Shown here one piece after another: positions 27,542-36,361 of a stretch of 36,361 nt of DNA; the stretch's first letter is position 1; each line of letters begins with the position of its first letter. This DNA comes from a virus (taxonomy: Duplodnaviria; Heunggongvirae; Uroviricota; Caudoviricetes), in IMG/VR virus record IMGVR_UViG_2579778635_000006; one strand, given 5' to 3'. The position numbers were made by a program, and so were the translations under genes. Below the pieces are notes generated by a model that did not search any database, was not told where the DNA came from, and saw only the letters and a list, made by a program, of their open reading frames with translations.

Positions 27542-28057
27542 ATGGCTTTACCACGCAAATTAAAACACCTGAACCTGTTTAACGACGGGAACAACTGGCA
27601 GGGGATCGTTGAGTCGCTGACGCTGCCGAAATTCACCCGCAAATATGAGAAGTATCGCGGCGGCGGAATGCCGGGAGCAGTGGATGTGGATCTGGGGCTT
27701 GATGACAGTGCGCTGGACACAGAATTTTCCATTGGTGGTACTGAACTGCTGCTGTTTAAGCAGATGGGCAAAGCCACGGTGGATGGCATCCAGTTGCGCT
27801 TTACCGGCTCTATCCAGCGTGATGATACCGGGGAAGTGCAGGCCGTGGAGCTTGTGGTGCGTGGACGTCACAAAGAAGTGGATTCCGGCGAGTGGAAGAC
27901 GGGCGAAAGCAATACCACCAAAGTGACCAGTACCAACAGCTACGCGAAGCTGACTATCAATGGTGAGGTGCTCTATGAAGTGGACCTTATCAACATGGTG
28001 GAAATTGTGGACGGTGTGGACCTGATGGAAGCGCACCGCAACGCCCTCGGCCTCTGA
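27542..28057 (+). CDS. FII: Tail tube protein (P2 gpFII family)
   Basis: 171 aa directly after the sheath gene. Confidence 0.95.
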   Translation: MALPRKLKHLNLFNDGNNWQGIVESLTLPKFTRKYEKYRGGGMPGAVDVDLGLDDSALDTEFSIGGTELLLFKQMGKATVDGIQLRFTGSIQRDDTGEVQAVELVVRGRHKEVDSGEWKTGESNTTKVTSTNSYAKLTINGEVLYEVDLINMVEIVDGVDLMEAHRNALGL

Positions 28058-28111
28058 TGTATCTGAACGGCGCGGAATGCCGCGCCAGAACCTAATTTAC
28101 AGGACAGCAAA

Positions 28112-28414
28112 ATGAGCGATAAGCAGACTGAAAAGACCATTCAACTGGATACCCCCATCATGCGTGGTAAAACTGAAATCACCGAAATTGTGCTGCGTAA
28201 ACCGCAGTCCGGTGCGCTGCGCGGTACACGCCTGCAGGCCATTATGGATATGGATGTGAACGCGATGATGACCGTGATCCCCCGCATCTCCAGCCCGGCG
28301 CTGACTGCACAGGAAATTGCAGAGATGGACCCGGCAGATCTCACTGCCATGTCGGTTGAGGTTGTCACTTTTTTGTTGAAGAAGTCGGTGCTTGCCGGTT
28401 TACCGACAGCCTGA
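28112..28414 (+). CDS. E: Tail assembly chaperone E
   Basis: 100-aa ORF between the tube and tape-measure genes. Contains the slippery heptamer T TTT TTG at 28369-28375. Confidence 0.85.
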   Translation: MSDKQTEKTIQLDTPIMRGKTEITEIVLRKPQSGALRGTRLQAIMDMDVNAMMTVIPRISSPALTAQEIAEMDPADLTAMSVEVVTFLLKKSVLAGLPTA

Positions 28415-28548
28415 CGGTTGACGATCTGGTGGCAGATATCGCCACCATTTTTCACTGGCCGCCATCCGTTACTGACGTTATGCCGCTGACCGAAGTGCTG
28501 GAATGGCGGTATAAAGCGATTCAGAGAAGCGGGGCCAACGATGAGTGA
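28112..28548 (+). CDS. Tail assembly chaperone E+E' made by a programmed -1 frameshift at T TTT TTG (28369-28375)
   Basis: The -1 frame is open from the slip site to TGA at 28546-28548 and encodes ...VTDVMPLTEVLEWRYKAIQRSGANDE. This mirrors the known P2 E/E' arrangement upstream of T. Confidence 0.65.
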
Positions 28549-31500
28549 TAATAACCTGCGCCTGCAGGTCATTCTTAATGCGGTTGACAAACTCACCCGC
28601 CCATTCCGTGCTGCACAGGCCAGTTCGAAAGAGCTGGCTGGCGCAATCAGAAACTCCCGTGACGCATTAAAGCAACTCAATCAGGCGGGTAACAGCCTGG
28701 AAAAATTTCGCAAGCTGCAGGCCGATAACAAAAAGTTAGGCGACAGGCTGAACTATGCCAGACAGAAGGCAAATTTGCTTAGTTCTGAGCTGGAAGCGAT
28801 GGAACAACCATCACAAAGGCATCTTGTGGCTTTAGGTCGGCAAACGCTGGCAGTCCAACGCCTGGAAGAACAACAAAAATATTTGCAGAAGCAAACGGCG
28901 CTTGTGCGTGCAGAACTGTACCGGGCGGGAATTTCTGCGAAAGATGATGCGGGAGCAACTGCCCGTTTAGCCCGTGAAACATCACGTTATAACCAGGAAC
29001 TTTCGAAACAAGAGGCGCGGCTGAAGCGACTGGGGGAAGCTCAGCGCAGGATGAATGCGGCGCGTGCCAGTTATGCCCGTTCGCTGGAGGTGCGTGATCG
29101 TATTGCAGGTGCCGGAGCCACCACCACGGCTGCAGGGCTGGCAATGGGCGCACCAGTGATGGCGGCAGTAAAAAGCTATACCAGCATGGAAGATGCCATG
29201 AAAGGTGTAGCAAAGCAGGTCAATGGTCTGCGTGACGATAATGGCAACCGCACCGCGCGTTTTTACGAAATGCAGGATGCCATCAAGGCTGCCAGCGAAC
29301 AGTTGCCGATGGAAAACGGTGCTGTGGACTTTGCCGCACTGGTTGAAGGTGGTGCGCGCATGAACGTCGCAAATCCTGACGACAGCTGGGAAGACCAGAA
29401 ACGTGACCTGCTGGCCTTCGCCAGCACGGCCGCAAAGGCGGCAACAGCCTTTGAGCTGCCAGCGGATGAACTGTCAGAAAGTCTGGGGAAAATCGCCCAG
29501 CTCTACAAAATCCCTACCCGCAATATTGAACAGCTCGGTGATGCGCTGAACTATCTGGATGATAACGCCATGTCGAAAGGGGCAGACATCATTGATGTCA
29601 TGCAACGCCTGGGCGGTGTGGCTGATCGTCTGGATTATCGTAAAGCGGCGGCGCTGGGTTCCACCTTTCTGACACTGGGCGCTGCGCCAGAGGTTGCAGC
29701 CAGTGCAGCAAACGCGATGGTGCGTGAATTGTCCATTGCCACCATGCAAAGCAAGAGTTTCTTTGAAGGGATGAATCTGCTGAAACTCAATCCTGAAGTG
29801 ATTGAAAAGCAGATGACGAAGGATGCGATGGGAACTATCCAGCGTGTGCTGGAGAAGGTGAACGCACTGCCGCAGGACAAGCGTCTGTCTGCCATGACCA
29901 TGTTGTTTGGTAAAGAGTTTGGCGATGACGCGGCGAAACTGGCAAACAACCTGCCGGAACTACAGCGCCAGCTAAAACTGACAGCGGGCAATGATGCGCT
30001 CGGTTCCATGCAGAAAGAATCCGACATCAACAAAGACTCACTTTCCGCTCAGTGGTTGCTGGTCAAAACCGGAGCGCAGAACACCTTCAGCAGCCTGGGC
30101 GAAACGCTGCGCCAGCCGCTGATGGATATTCTGTACACGGTGAAAAGCATCACGGGGGCGTTGCGCCGCTGGGTGGAAGCTAACCCGGAACTGACAGGCA
30201 CACTGATGAAAGTAGCGGCTGTTGTGGCTGCGGTTACCGTAGGCCTCGGCACCTTAGCGGTGGCGCTGGCTGCAGTGCTGGGGCCGCTGGCAGTCATCCG
30301 TCTGGGATTCTCTGTGCTGGGTATCAAAACGTTACCTTCCGTTACGGCAGCAGTAACACGAATCAGCAGCGCGTTGTCCTGGCTGGCTGGCGCTCCACTG
30401 GCACTGCTGCGACGCGGGCTTGCTTCATCGGGCAACGCAGCGGGTTTACTTACTGCGCCGTTGTCGTCTTTGCGCCGCACGGCATCACTGACGGGGAATG
30501 TCCTGAAAACTGTAGTAGGTGTGCCGGTTGCACTGTTGCGGTCTGGATTATCCGGTTTACGTGCTGTTGCTGTGATGTTTATGAATCCACTGGCAGCACT
30601 ACGCGGTGGACTGGCTGCCGCAGGCGCGGTGCTGCGAGTACTGGCATCCGGTCCGCTGGCGATGCTGCGCGTTGCCCTGTATGCCATATCTGGTCTGTTA
30701 GGTGCTCTGCTCAGTCCGATAGGTCTTGTGGTTACTGCACTGGTGGGCGTAGCGCTGGTTGTCTGGAAATACTGGCAACCCATCACCGCATTTCTCGCTG
30801 GTGTGGTGGAAGGATTCAAAGCGGCGGCAGGTCCCATCAGTGCAGCATTCGAACCACTTAAGCCTGTGTTTCAGTGGATTGGCGACAAAGTGCAGGCGTT
30901 GTGGGGCTGGTTTACTGATCTGCTGACGCCCGTTAAGTCGACCTCTGCCGAACTGCAGAGCGCAGCGGCAATGGGGCGACGATTCGGGGAGGCACTGGCG
31001 GAAGGGCTAAATATGGTCATGCATCCGCTGGACTCCCTGAAATCCGGCGTTTCCTGGTTGCTGGAGAAACTCGGCATTGTCAGTAAAGAGGCTGCAAAGG
31101 CGAAACTGCCGGAAAGAGTGACGCGTCAGCAACCTGCGACGGTGAATGCAGACGGTAAAGTGATGATGCCATCGGGTGGTTTTCCATCATGGGGATATGG
31201 CTTTGCGGGGATGTATGACAGCGGCGGGTATATCCCGTGCGGGCAGTTTGGCATTGTCGGTGAAAACGGGCCTGAAATTGTCAACGGCCCGGCAAACGTT
31301 ACCAGCCGGAGAAATACCTCTGCACTGGCTGCGGTTGTCGCCGGAATGATGGGCGTTGCTGCCGCGCCAGCAGAGCTTCCACCGTTACATCCTTTGGCAC
31401 TTCCCGCGAAAGGCGGCGAAGCGATGGTGAGTCGTGCAGCCACTGTGCCGCCCGTTCAACGGATTGAGGCACCGACGCAGATCATCATTCAGACGCAGCC

Positions 31501-31618
31501 AGGACAAAGTGCGCAGGATATTGCGCGGGAGGTGGCCCGCCAGCTTGATGAACGTGAACGCAGGCTGAAGGCAAAAGCCAGGAGTAACTACAGCGATCAG
31601 GGGGGATACGACGCATGA
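28541..31618 (+). CDS. T: Tail tape measure protein (P2 gpT family)
   Basis: 1025 aa, coiled-coil N-terminus and hydrophobic Gly/Ala-rich central region. Confidence 0.95.
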   Translation: MSDNNLRLQVILNAVDKLTRPFRAAQASSKELAGAIRNSRDALKQLNQAGNSLEKFRKLQADNKKLGDRLNYARQKANLLSSELEAMEQPSQRHLVALGRQTLAVQRLEEQQKYLQKQTALVRAELYRAGISAKDDAGATARLARETSRYNQELSKQEARLKRLGEAQRRMNAARASYARSLEVRDRIAGAGATTTAAGLAMGAPVMAAVKSYTSMEDAMKGVAKQVNGLRDDNGNRTARFYEMQDAIKAASEQLPMENGAVDFAALVEGGARMNVANPDDSWEDQKRDLLAFASTAAKAATAFELPADELSESLGKIAQLYKIPTRNIEQLGDALNYLDDNAMSKGADIIDVMQRLGGVADRLDYRKAAALGSTFLTLGAAPEVAASAANAMVRELSIATMQSKSFFEGMNLLKLNPEVIEKQMTKDAMGTIQRVLEKVNALPQDKRLSAMTMLFGKEFGDDAAKLANNLPELQRQLKLTAGNDALGSMQKESDINKDSLSAQWLLVKTGAQNTFSSLGETLRQPLMDILYTVKSITGALRRWVEANPELTGTLMKVAAVVAAVTVGLGTLAVALAAVLGPLAVIRLGFSVLGIKTLPSVTAAVTRISSALSWLAGAPLALLRRGLASSGNAAGLLTAPLSSLRRTASLTGNVLKTVVGVPVALLRSGLSGLRAVAVMFMNPLAALRGGLAAAGAVLRVLASGPLAMLRVALYAISGLLGALLSPIGLVVTALVGVALVVWKYWQPITAFLAGVVEGFKAAAGPISAAFEPLKPVFQWIGDKVQALWGWFTDLLTPVKSTSAELQSAAAMGRRFGEALAEGLNMVMHPLDSLKSGVSWLLEKLGIVSKEAAKAKLPERVTRQQPATVNADGKVMMPSGGFPSWGYGFAGMYDSGGYIPCGQFGIVGENGPEIVNGPANVTSRRNTSALAAVVAGMMGVAAAPAELPPLHPLALPAKGGEAMVSRAATVPPVQRIEAPTQIIIQTQPGQSAQDIAREVARQLDERERRLKAKARSNYSDQGGYDA

Positions 31619-32100
31619 TGATGGTGCTGGGATTGTACGTGTTTATGCTGCGCACCGTGCCGTATCAGGAACTGCAGTATCAACGCAGTTGGCGACATGC
31701 GGCAAACAGCCGGGTAAACCGTCGTCCGTCCACGCAGTTTCTGGGACCGGAAAACGACATGCTGACGCTTTCCGGTGTTCTTATGCCGGAGATAACAGGC
31801 GGCAGGCTGTCGTTGCTGGCACTTGAGCAGATGGCAGAACAGGGGAAAGCATGGCCTCTGATTGAAGGCAGCGGCACGATTTACGGCATGTATGTGATTG
31901 AGGGACTGAATCAGACTAAAACGGAGTTTTTCCGCGACGGTATGCCGCGCCGGATTGAGTTCACCCTGTCGCTCAAACGGGTGGATGAATCCCTGTCCGA
32001 TATGTTCGGTGATCTCAGTGCGCAGCTGAATAATCTGCAGGGAACGGCAACATCTGCCTTAAGCGATATCAGTAAAACGGTGGGAGGGCTTCTGTCGTGA
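31615..32100 (+). CDS. U: Tail protein (P2 gpU family)
   Basis: 161 aa, overlapping the T stop (ATGA). Confidence 0.9.
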   Translation: MMMVLGLYVFMLRTVPYQELQYQRSWRHAANSRVNRRPSTQFLGPENDMLTLSGVLMPEITGGRLSLLALEQMAEQGKAWPLIEGSGTIYGMYVIEGLNQTKTEFFRDGMPRRIEFTLSLKRVDESLSDMFGDLSAQLNNLQGTATSALSDISKTVGGLLS

Positions 32101-33197
32101 ATTTCAGCTCTGAACTGCTTAACAAAGGCAACAAAACTCCGGCATTCAGCATCAGTATTGAAGGCAGGGATATCACCACTGTGCTGGACAACCGCCTGAT
32201 TGGGCTGACGCTGACGGATAACCGGGGATTTGAAGCGGACCAGCTTGATCTGGAGCTGGACGACGCCGATGGAAAAATCGTGCTGCCGCGCCGTGGTGCG
32301 GTCATTACGCTGGCGCTGGGCTGGAAGGGGCAGCCGCTTTTCCCGAAAGGGGCATTCACGGTGGACGAGATTGAACACACTGGCGCACCGGACCGCCTGA
32401 CTATCCGGGCGCGAAGTGCTGATTTTCGGGAAACCCTGAATCCCCGCCGTGAAAAATCGTGGCATAACACCACCATCGGGGAAGTGGTGAAGGAAATAGC
32501 CGCGCGGCACAAGCTGAAGATGGCACTGGGTAAAGAGCTGTCGGATAAGCCCGTGGAGCATATAGACCAGACTAATGAGAGTGACGGCAGTTTTCTGATG
32601 CGACTGGCGCGACAGTACGGTGCCATCGCGTCGGTGAAAAATGGCAATCTGTTATTCATCCGGCAGGGGCAGGGCAAAAGCGCCACTGGTAAACCACTGC
32701 CAGTGATCACTATCACACGCAAGGACGGCGACAGTCACCGATTTACCCTGGCAGATCGCGGAGCCTACACGGGCGTAATTGCCAGCTGGTTGCATACCCG
32801 TGAACCCGCGAAGAAAGAAAGCACCACGGTGAAGCGTAAGCGCAGAACTAAGAAGCAGAAGAAAGAGCCGGAAGCGAAGCAGGGCGATTACCTGGTGGGT
32901 ACGGATGAAAACGTGCTGGTACTTAATCGCACTTATGCCAACCGGAGCAACGCCGAACGGGCAGCGAAAATGCAGTGGGAACGCCTGCAACGCGGCGTTG
33001 CATCATTCTCGCTACAACTGGCGGAAGGGCGGGCAGATCTCTACACAGAAATGCCTGTGAAGGTCAGTGGCTTTAAACAGCCGATAGATGATGCGGAATG
33101 GACCATTACGACTCTGACGCATACCGTCAGCCCGGATTACGGTTTTACGACCAGTCTGGAGCTTGAAGTGAGGATTGATGATTTCGAAATGGAATGA
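32097..33197 (+). CDS. D: Tail protein D (P2 gpD family, late control D)
   Basis: 366-aa ORF with GTG start overlapping the U stop; last gene of the tail operon. Confidence 0.9.
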   Translation: MNFSSELLNKGNKTPAFSISIEGRDITTVLDNRLIGLTLTDNRGFEADQLDLELDDADGKIVLPRRGAVITLALGWKGQPLFPKGAFTVDEIEHTGAPDRLTIRARSADFRETLNPRREKSWHNTTIGEVVKEIAARHKLKMALGKELSDKPVEHIDQTNESDGSFLMRLARQYGAIASVKNGNLLFIRQGQGKSATGKPLPVITITRKDGDSHRFTLADRGAYTGVIASWLHTREPAKKESTTVKRKRRTKKQKKEPEAKQGDYLVGTDENVLVLNRTYANRSNAERAAKMQWERLQRGVASFSLQLAEGRADLYTEMPVKVSGFKQPIDDAEWTITTLTHTVSPDYGFTTSLELEVRIDDFEME

Positions 33198-33287
33198 TTC
33201 TTCGCAATGGAGAACTTTTAAGTTTGCAAAATGGAATAATGCGGTATCATTATTGTGAATTTAGCAAAAATGGGGAGAACTCGAAAA

Positions 33288-33506
33288 ATGATGATTTGCC
33301 CACTGTGTGGAAGTGCCGCCCATACTCGCAGCAGTTTTCAGGTATCTTCATTGACCAAAGAGCGTTACAACCAGTGCCAGAACATTAACTGCAGCCATAC
33401 TTTTGTTACCCATGAAACTTTTGTTCGTTCGATTGCAACGCCAAAAGAGTCAAATCCGGTTCAGCCGCATCCAATGAAATCAGGACAGGTGGCGCTCTCT
33501 CTTTGA
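33288..33506 (+). CDS. ogr: Late gene transcriptional activator, Ogr/Delta/186 B zinc-finger family
   Basis: 72-aa product MMICPLCGSAAHTRSS...KERYNQCQNINCSHTF with four Cys, matching the P2 Ogr pattern (CPLC...CQNxNC). Located just inside the right att repeat. Confidence 0.9.
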   Translation: MMICPLCGSAAHTRSSFQVSSLTKERYNQCQNINCSHTFVTHETFVRSIATPKESNPVQPHPMKSGQVALSL

Positions 33507-33529
33507 CGCTGCCGCCATTTTGTCGCCAT
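33507..33529. repeat. attR: Putative attR core (cgctgccgccattttgtcgccat)
   Basis: 21/23 match to 22-44. It starts right after the ogr stop; host genes follow. Confidence 0.6.
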
Positions 33530-33741
33530 CGTTAAAAAACAGTGCTTCTAACATCATGATTTTAAAAGGCATAAATTTCAGGCAACAAAAAACCCATCAA
33601 CCTTGAACCGAAATGGCGGGGTTGATGGGCTCCACAAAATGGGGACATCAAAGAAAAGCAGTGGCACTAATTAAGACTGATGCCCTGCGGAAAAGTTCTG
33701 CGGTTGTGCAAAAAAATTTCATTTTCAGGGCAACTTCAGTT

Positions 33742-35427
33742 TTATCCTAATCCTGGCCATACCATGACGATGATTGTCCCTGCCAGCGTCAGCAGGACGT
33801 TGGCGATTGCGTAGGTGCCCGCATAGCCCAGCGCAGGGATGTTACTGCGAGCTGTATCACTGATGATCTCCATTGCCGGCGCGCAGGTGCGTGCGCCCAT
33901 CATTGCGCCGAACAACAGTGCGCGGTTCATTCGCAATACATAAGCACCGAACAAGAAACAGATAACCACGGGCACAAGACTGACAATTAATCCGGCAATC
34001 AACATCTGACCGCCAATCGCGCCCAGGCCGTTATTAATACCGCTACCGGCGCTCAGACCAACGCCTGCCATAAACACCATCAAGCCGAACTCTTTCACCA
34101 TGCTTAATGCACCTTGCGGAATGTAACCGAAGGTCGGGTGGTTAGCACGCATAAAGCCCAGCATAATTCCGGCGAATAACAACCCGGCAGCGTTCCCCAT
34201 GCCGAAACTGAATGTGCTGAACTGGAAGGTGATCATCCCGATCATCAGCCCAATAACAAAGAAGGCGCAGAATGCCAGCAGGTCAGTGACCTGGCTGTGA
34301 ATCGAGATAAAGCCGATGCGATCGGCGATGGTTTTTACGCGGCGGGCATCGCCGCTGACTTGTAAAACGTCACCTTTGTTAAGCACGACGTTGTCATCTA
34401 TCGGCATCTCAATCTGGCTACGAATGACGCGGTTAAGGAAGCAACCGTGATCGGTCAACTTCAGTTGTGCGAGACGTTTACCTACAGCGTTATGGTTTTT
34501 AACGACCACTTCTTCAGTGACGATACGCATGTCGAGAAGGTCACGATCGAAAACTTCTTTACCGTTACGGAAGCTGGGATCGAGTCGGGCATGGGCGTCG
34601 GGATAGCCTACCAACGCTATTTCATCGCCCATTTGTAGCACGGCATCACCGTCTGGATTTGCCAGAATCCCGTTACGTCGAATACGTTCAATGTAGCAGC
34701 CGGTTTGTCGATAAATACCCAGTTCACGCAGATTTTTGCCGTCGGTCCAGGCCACCAGTTCCGGGCCGACGCGATAGGCGCGGATCACCGGTAAATAAAC
34801 CTTACGGTTGGCATCAGTGTCCAGGCCACGTTCGCGGGCGATTTGCTGGGCGCTGGTCTGTAAGTCCTGATGCTGCAATTTCGGCAAGTAACGCGCACCA
34901 ACAATCAAACTCACCAGACCGATTAAATAGGTTAAGGCATACCCGAGGCTCAGATTATCCAGTGCCAGTGAGAGCTGCCTGCTTTCCATGCCGGAATGAC
35001 GCAGTGTATCGCCAGCACCGACCAGAACCGGTGTCGACGTCATAGAGCCTGCTAACATACCGGCCGTCAGGCCAATATCCCAGCCAAACAGCTTACCTAA
35101 CCCTAAGGCGATCACCAGCGCACTGCCAACCATCACCAGTGCTAACATTAGGTAATTTTTCCCATCGCGAAAAAAAATGGAAAAAAAGTTCGGTCCGGCT
35201 TCGACCCCGACGCAGAAAATAAACAGCATAAAGCCAAGATTAAGCGCATCGGTGTTAATGCTGAAATGTTGTTGGCCTAATAACAGCGATACGACTAAAA
35301 CGCCAATGGAATTACCCAGTTGGATCGAACCAAGTCGTAACTTTCCGAGACATAGCCCAAGCGCGAGGACCACAAATAATAACAGAATGTAATTCCCATT
35401 TAACAATTCGGCGACGTTTATATTCAC
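33742..35427 (-). CDS. ybjL: Putative transport protein YbjL (AAE-family transporter with two TrkA_C domains), host gene
   Basis: 561-aa product recognised as E. coli YbjL. Apparent GTG start. Confidence 0.93.
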
Positions 35428-35696
35428 GGAGGCTAACTTCTTGTTTACTAGTAAGCTGTTGAAAGAAATGGTAATTTACGATAATGTTTTTTACCAGAAT
35501 TCAGGGCGCAGATTCATTCAGCGCACCTAAACGATAGTAAAGTAACAATATATTTTACTAGTGTAATCACATTAGGTATCAACGGCTATATGAATTGCGT
35601 TGGCCTATATTAGCATGGAATGCGAAGCGGCTTTATCTTACTGAACGCCACACTGGCGAAAAATGTGTTCGATAGACGCAGTGTCAGGAGGAACGA

Positions 35697-36074
35697 GTGA
35701 AACATAAACAACGTTGGGCGGGGGCAATCTGCTGTTTTGTCCTCTTCATTGTGGTGTGCCTTTTTCTGGCGACGCACATGAAAGGCGCTTTTCGGGCTGC
35801 CGGGCATCCTGAAATCGGCTTGCTATTTTTCATTCTTCCTGGAGCAGTCGCCAGCTTCTTTTCACAGCGTAGAGAAGTCCTGAAACCTCTGTTTGGCGCA
35901 ATGCTGGCGGCACCCTGTTCGATGCTCATTATGCGGCTGTTTTTTTCACCGACGCGCTCATTCTGGCAAGAGCTGGCATGGTTACTAAGCGCGGTGTTCT
36001 GGTGTGCGCTGGGGGCACTGTGTTTCTTATTTATCAGTAGTTTGTTTAAACCACAGCACAGAAAAAATCAGTAA
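35697..36074 (+). CDS. ybjM: Inner membrane protein YbjM, host gene
   Basis: 125-aa hydrophobic protein with the conserved ybjL-ybjM-grxA synteny. Confidence 0.9.
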   Translation: MKHKQRWAGAICCFVLFIVVCLFLATHMKGAFRAAGHPEIGLLFFILPGAVASFFSQRREVLKPLFGAMLAAPCSMLIMRLFFSPTRSFWQELAWLLSAVFWCALGALCFLFISSLFKPQHRKNQ

Positions 36075-36095
36075 AGCCCTCAACGCGAGGGCTTG
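36073..36095. terminator. Bidirectional terminator between ybjM and grxA
   Basis: aagccctc-aacg-cgagggctt hairpin between convergent genes. Confidence 0.6.
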
Positions 36096-36103
36096 TCAGA
36101 CGA

Positions 36104-36361
36104 TCAGGCGTCCAGATTTTCTTTCACCCATGCAGCAAAATCGGTATAGCCGCCGATATGTTGCTGATCGACAAAAATCTGCGGCACGGTTTCTACGGGT
36201 TTACCTGCCTTTTGTTGTAGATCTTCTTTAGTGATCCCTTCCGCACGAATATCTACATACTGATACTGAAAATCATCGCGTTCATTGCTCAATTTCTCAG
36301 CCAGATCTTTTGCACGCACACAGTAAGGGCAACCCGAACGACCAAAAATAACGGTTTGCAT
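36104..36361 (-). CDS. grxA: Glutaredoxin 1
   Basis: 85-aa product with the CPYC active site (GRSGCPYCVRAK). The start codon is at the window end. Confidence 0.95.
   Translation of the reverse strand: MQTVIFGRSGCPYCVRAKDLAEKLSNERDDFQYQYVDIRAEGITKEDLQQKAGKPVETVPQIFVDQQHIGGYTDFAAWVKENLDA

Larger units (their letters stand above)
22..33529. mobile_element. P2/186-family prophage, apparently complete, bounded by a 23-bp imperfect direct repeat
   Basis: Full P2-like gene order from int to ogr is seen directly. A 21/23 direct repeat at 22-44 and 33507-33529 sits at both ends. Host genes ybjL, ybjM and grxA follow the right end. Confidence 0.85.

Noticed and set aside
30049-30837. 262-aa ORF on the minus strand
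   Set aside because: Antisense to the tape measure gene T. Its Ala/Ser/Thr/Pro-rich product is a composition artefact.
31911-32722. Two overlapping ORFs of ~216 aa on the minus strand
   Set aside because: Antisense to tail genes U and D, which are conserved P2 genes in the expected order.
33530-33741. Possible tRNA or small RNA at the integration site, or an inverted repeat (cccatcaacc ... ggttgatggg) as terminator
   Set aside because: No tRNA-like sequence or cloverleaf is recognisable by eye. The inverted repeat has a 16-nt loop and no T-run. Left as unassigned host intergenic sequence.
1-36361. Insertion sequences or transposases
   Set aside because: No transposase-like ORF or terminal inverted repeats were seen. 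The only recombinase is the phage integrase.

Overview
The window is an almost complete P2/186-family (peduovirus-like) temperate prophage of about 33.5 kb, followed by host genes ybjL, ybjM and grxA (Escherichia-type chromosome). All calls are by eye from the sequence and the ORF track; no searches were run. Gene order is int, cargo ATPase-nuclease, cI, apl, cII, early genes, dam, replication gene A, an SOS-controlled tum/dinI-like module, then Q-P / O-N-M-L-X / lysis / R-S / V-W-J-I-H-G / FI-FII-E-T-U-D / ogr. A 23-bp imperfect direct repeat (21/23) at 22-44 and 33507-33529 is the likely attL/attR pair. Three stretches are accessory and look horizontally acquired (visibly AT-rich): (1) a 662-aa OLD-family ABC-ATPase + TOPRIM gene inserted between cI and int; (2) a very acidic 111-aa protein on the opposite strand after the dinI-like gene; (3) a 465-aa AlbA_2/Schlafen-like + HATPase_c_4 + wHTH protein between a cos-like site and the portal gene. 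Item 3 is the best candidate for an undescribed single-gene anti-phage or exclusion function. Other points of note are a recently amplified 168-bp in-frame tandem repeat array in tail-fibre gene H, a programmed -1 frameshift (E/E'), and Ogr-type TGT-N12-ACA late-promoter dyads.
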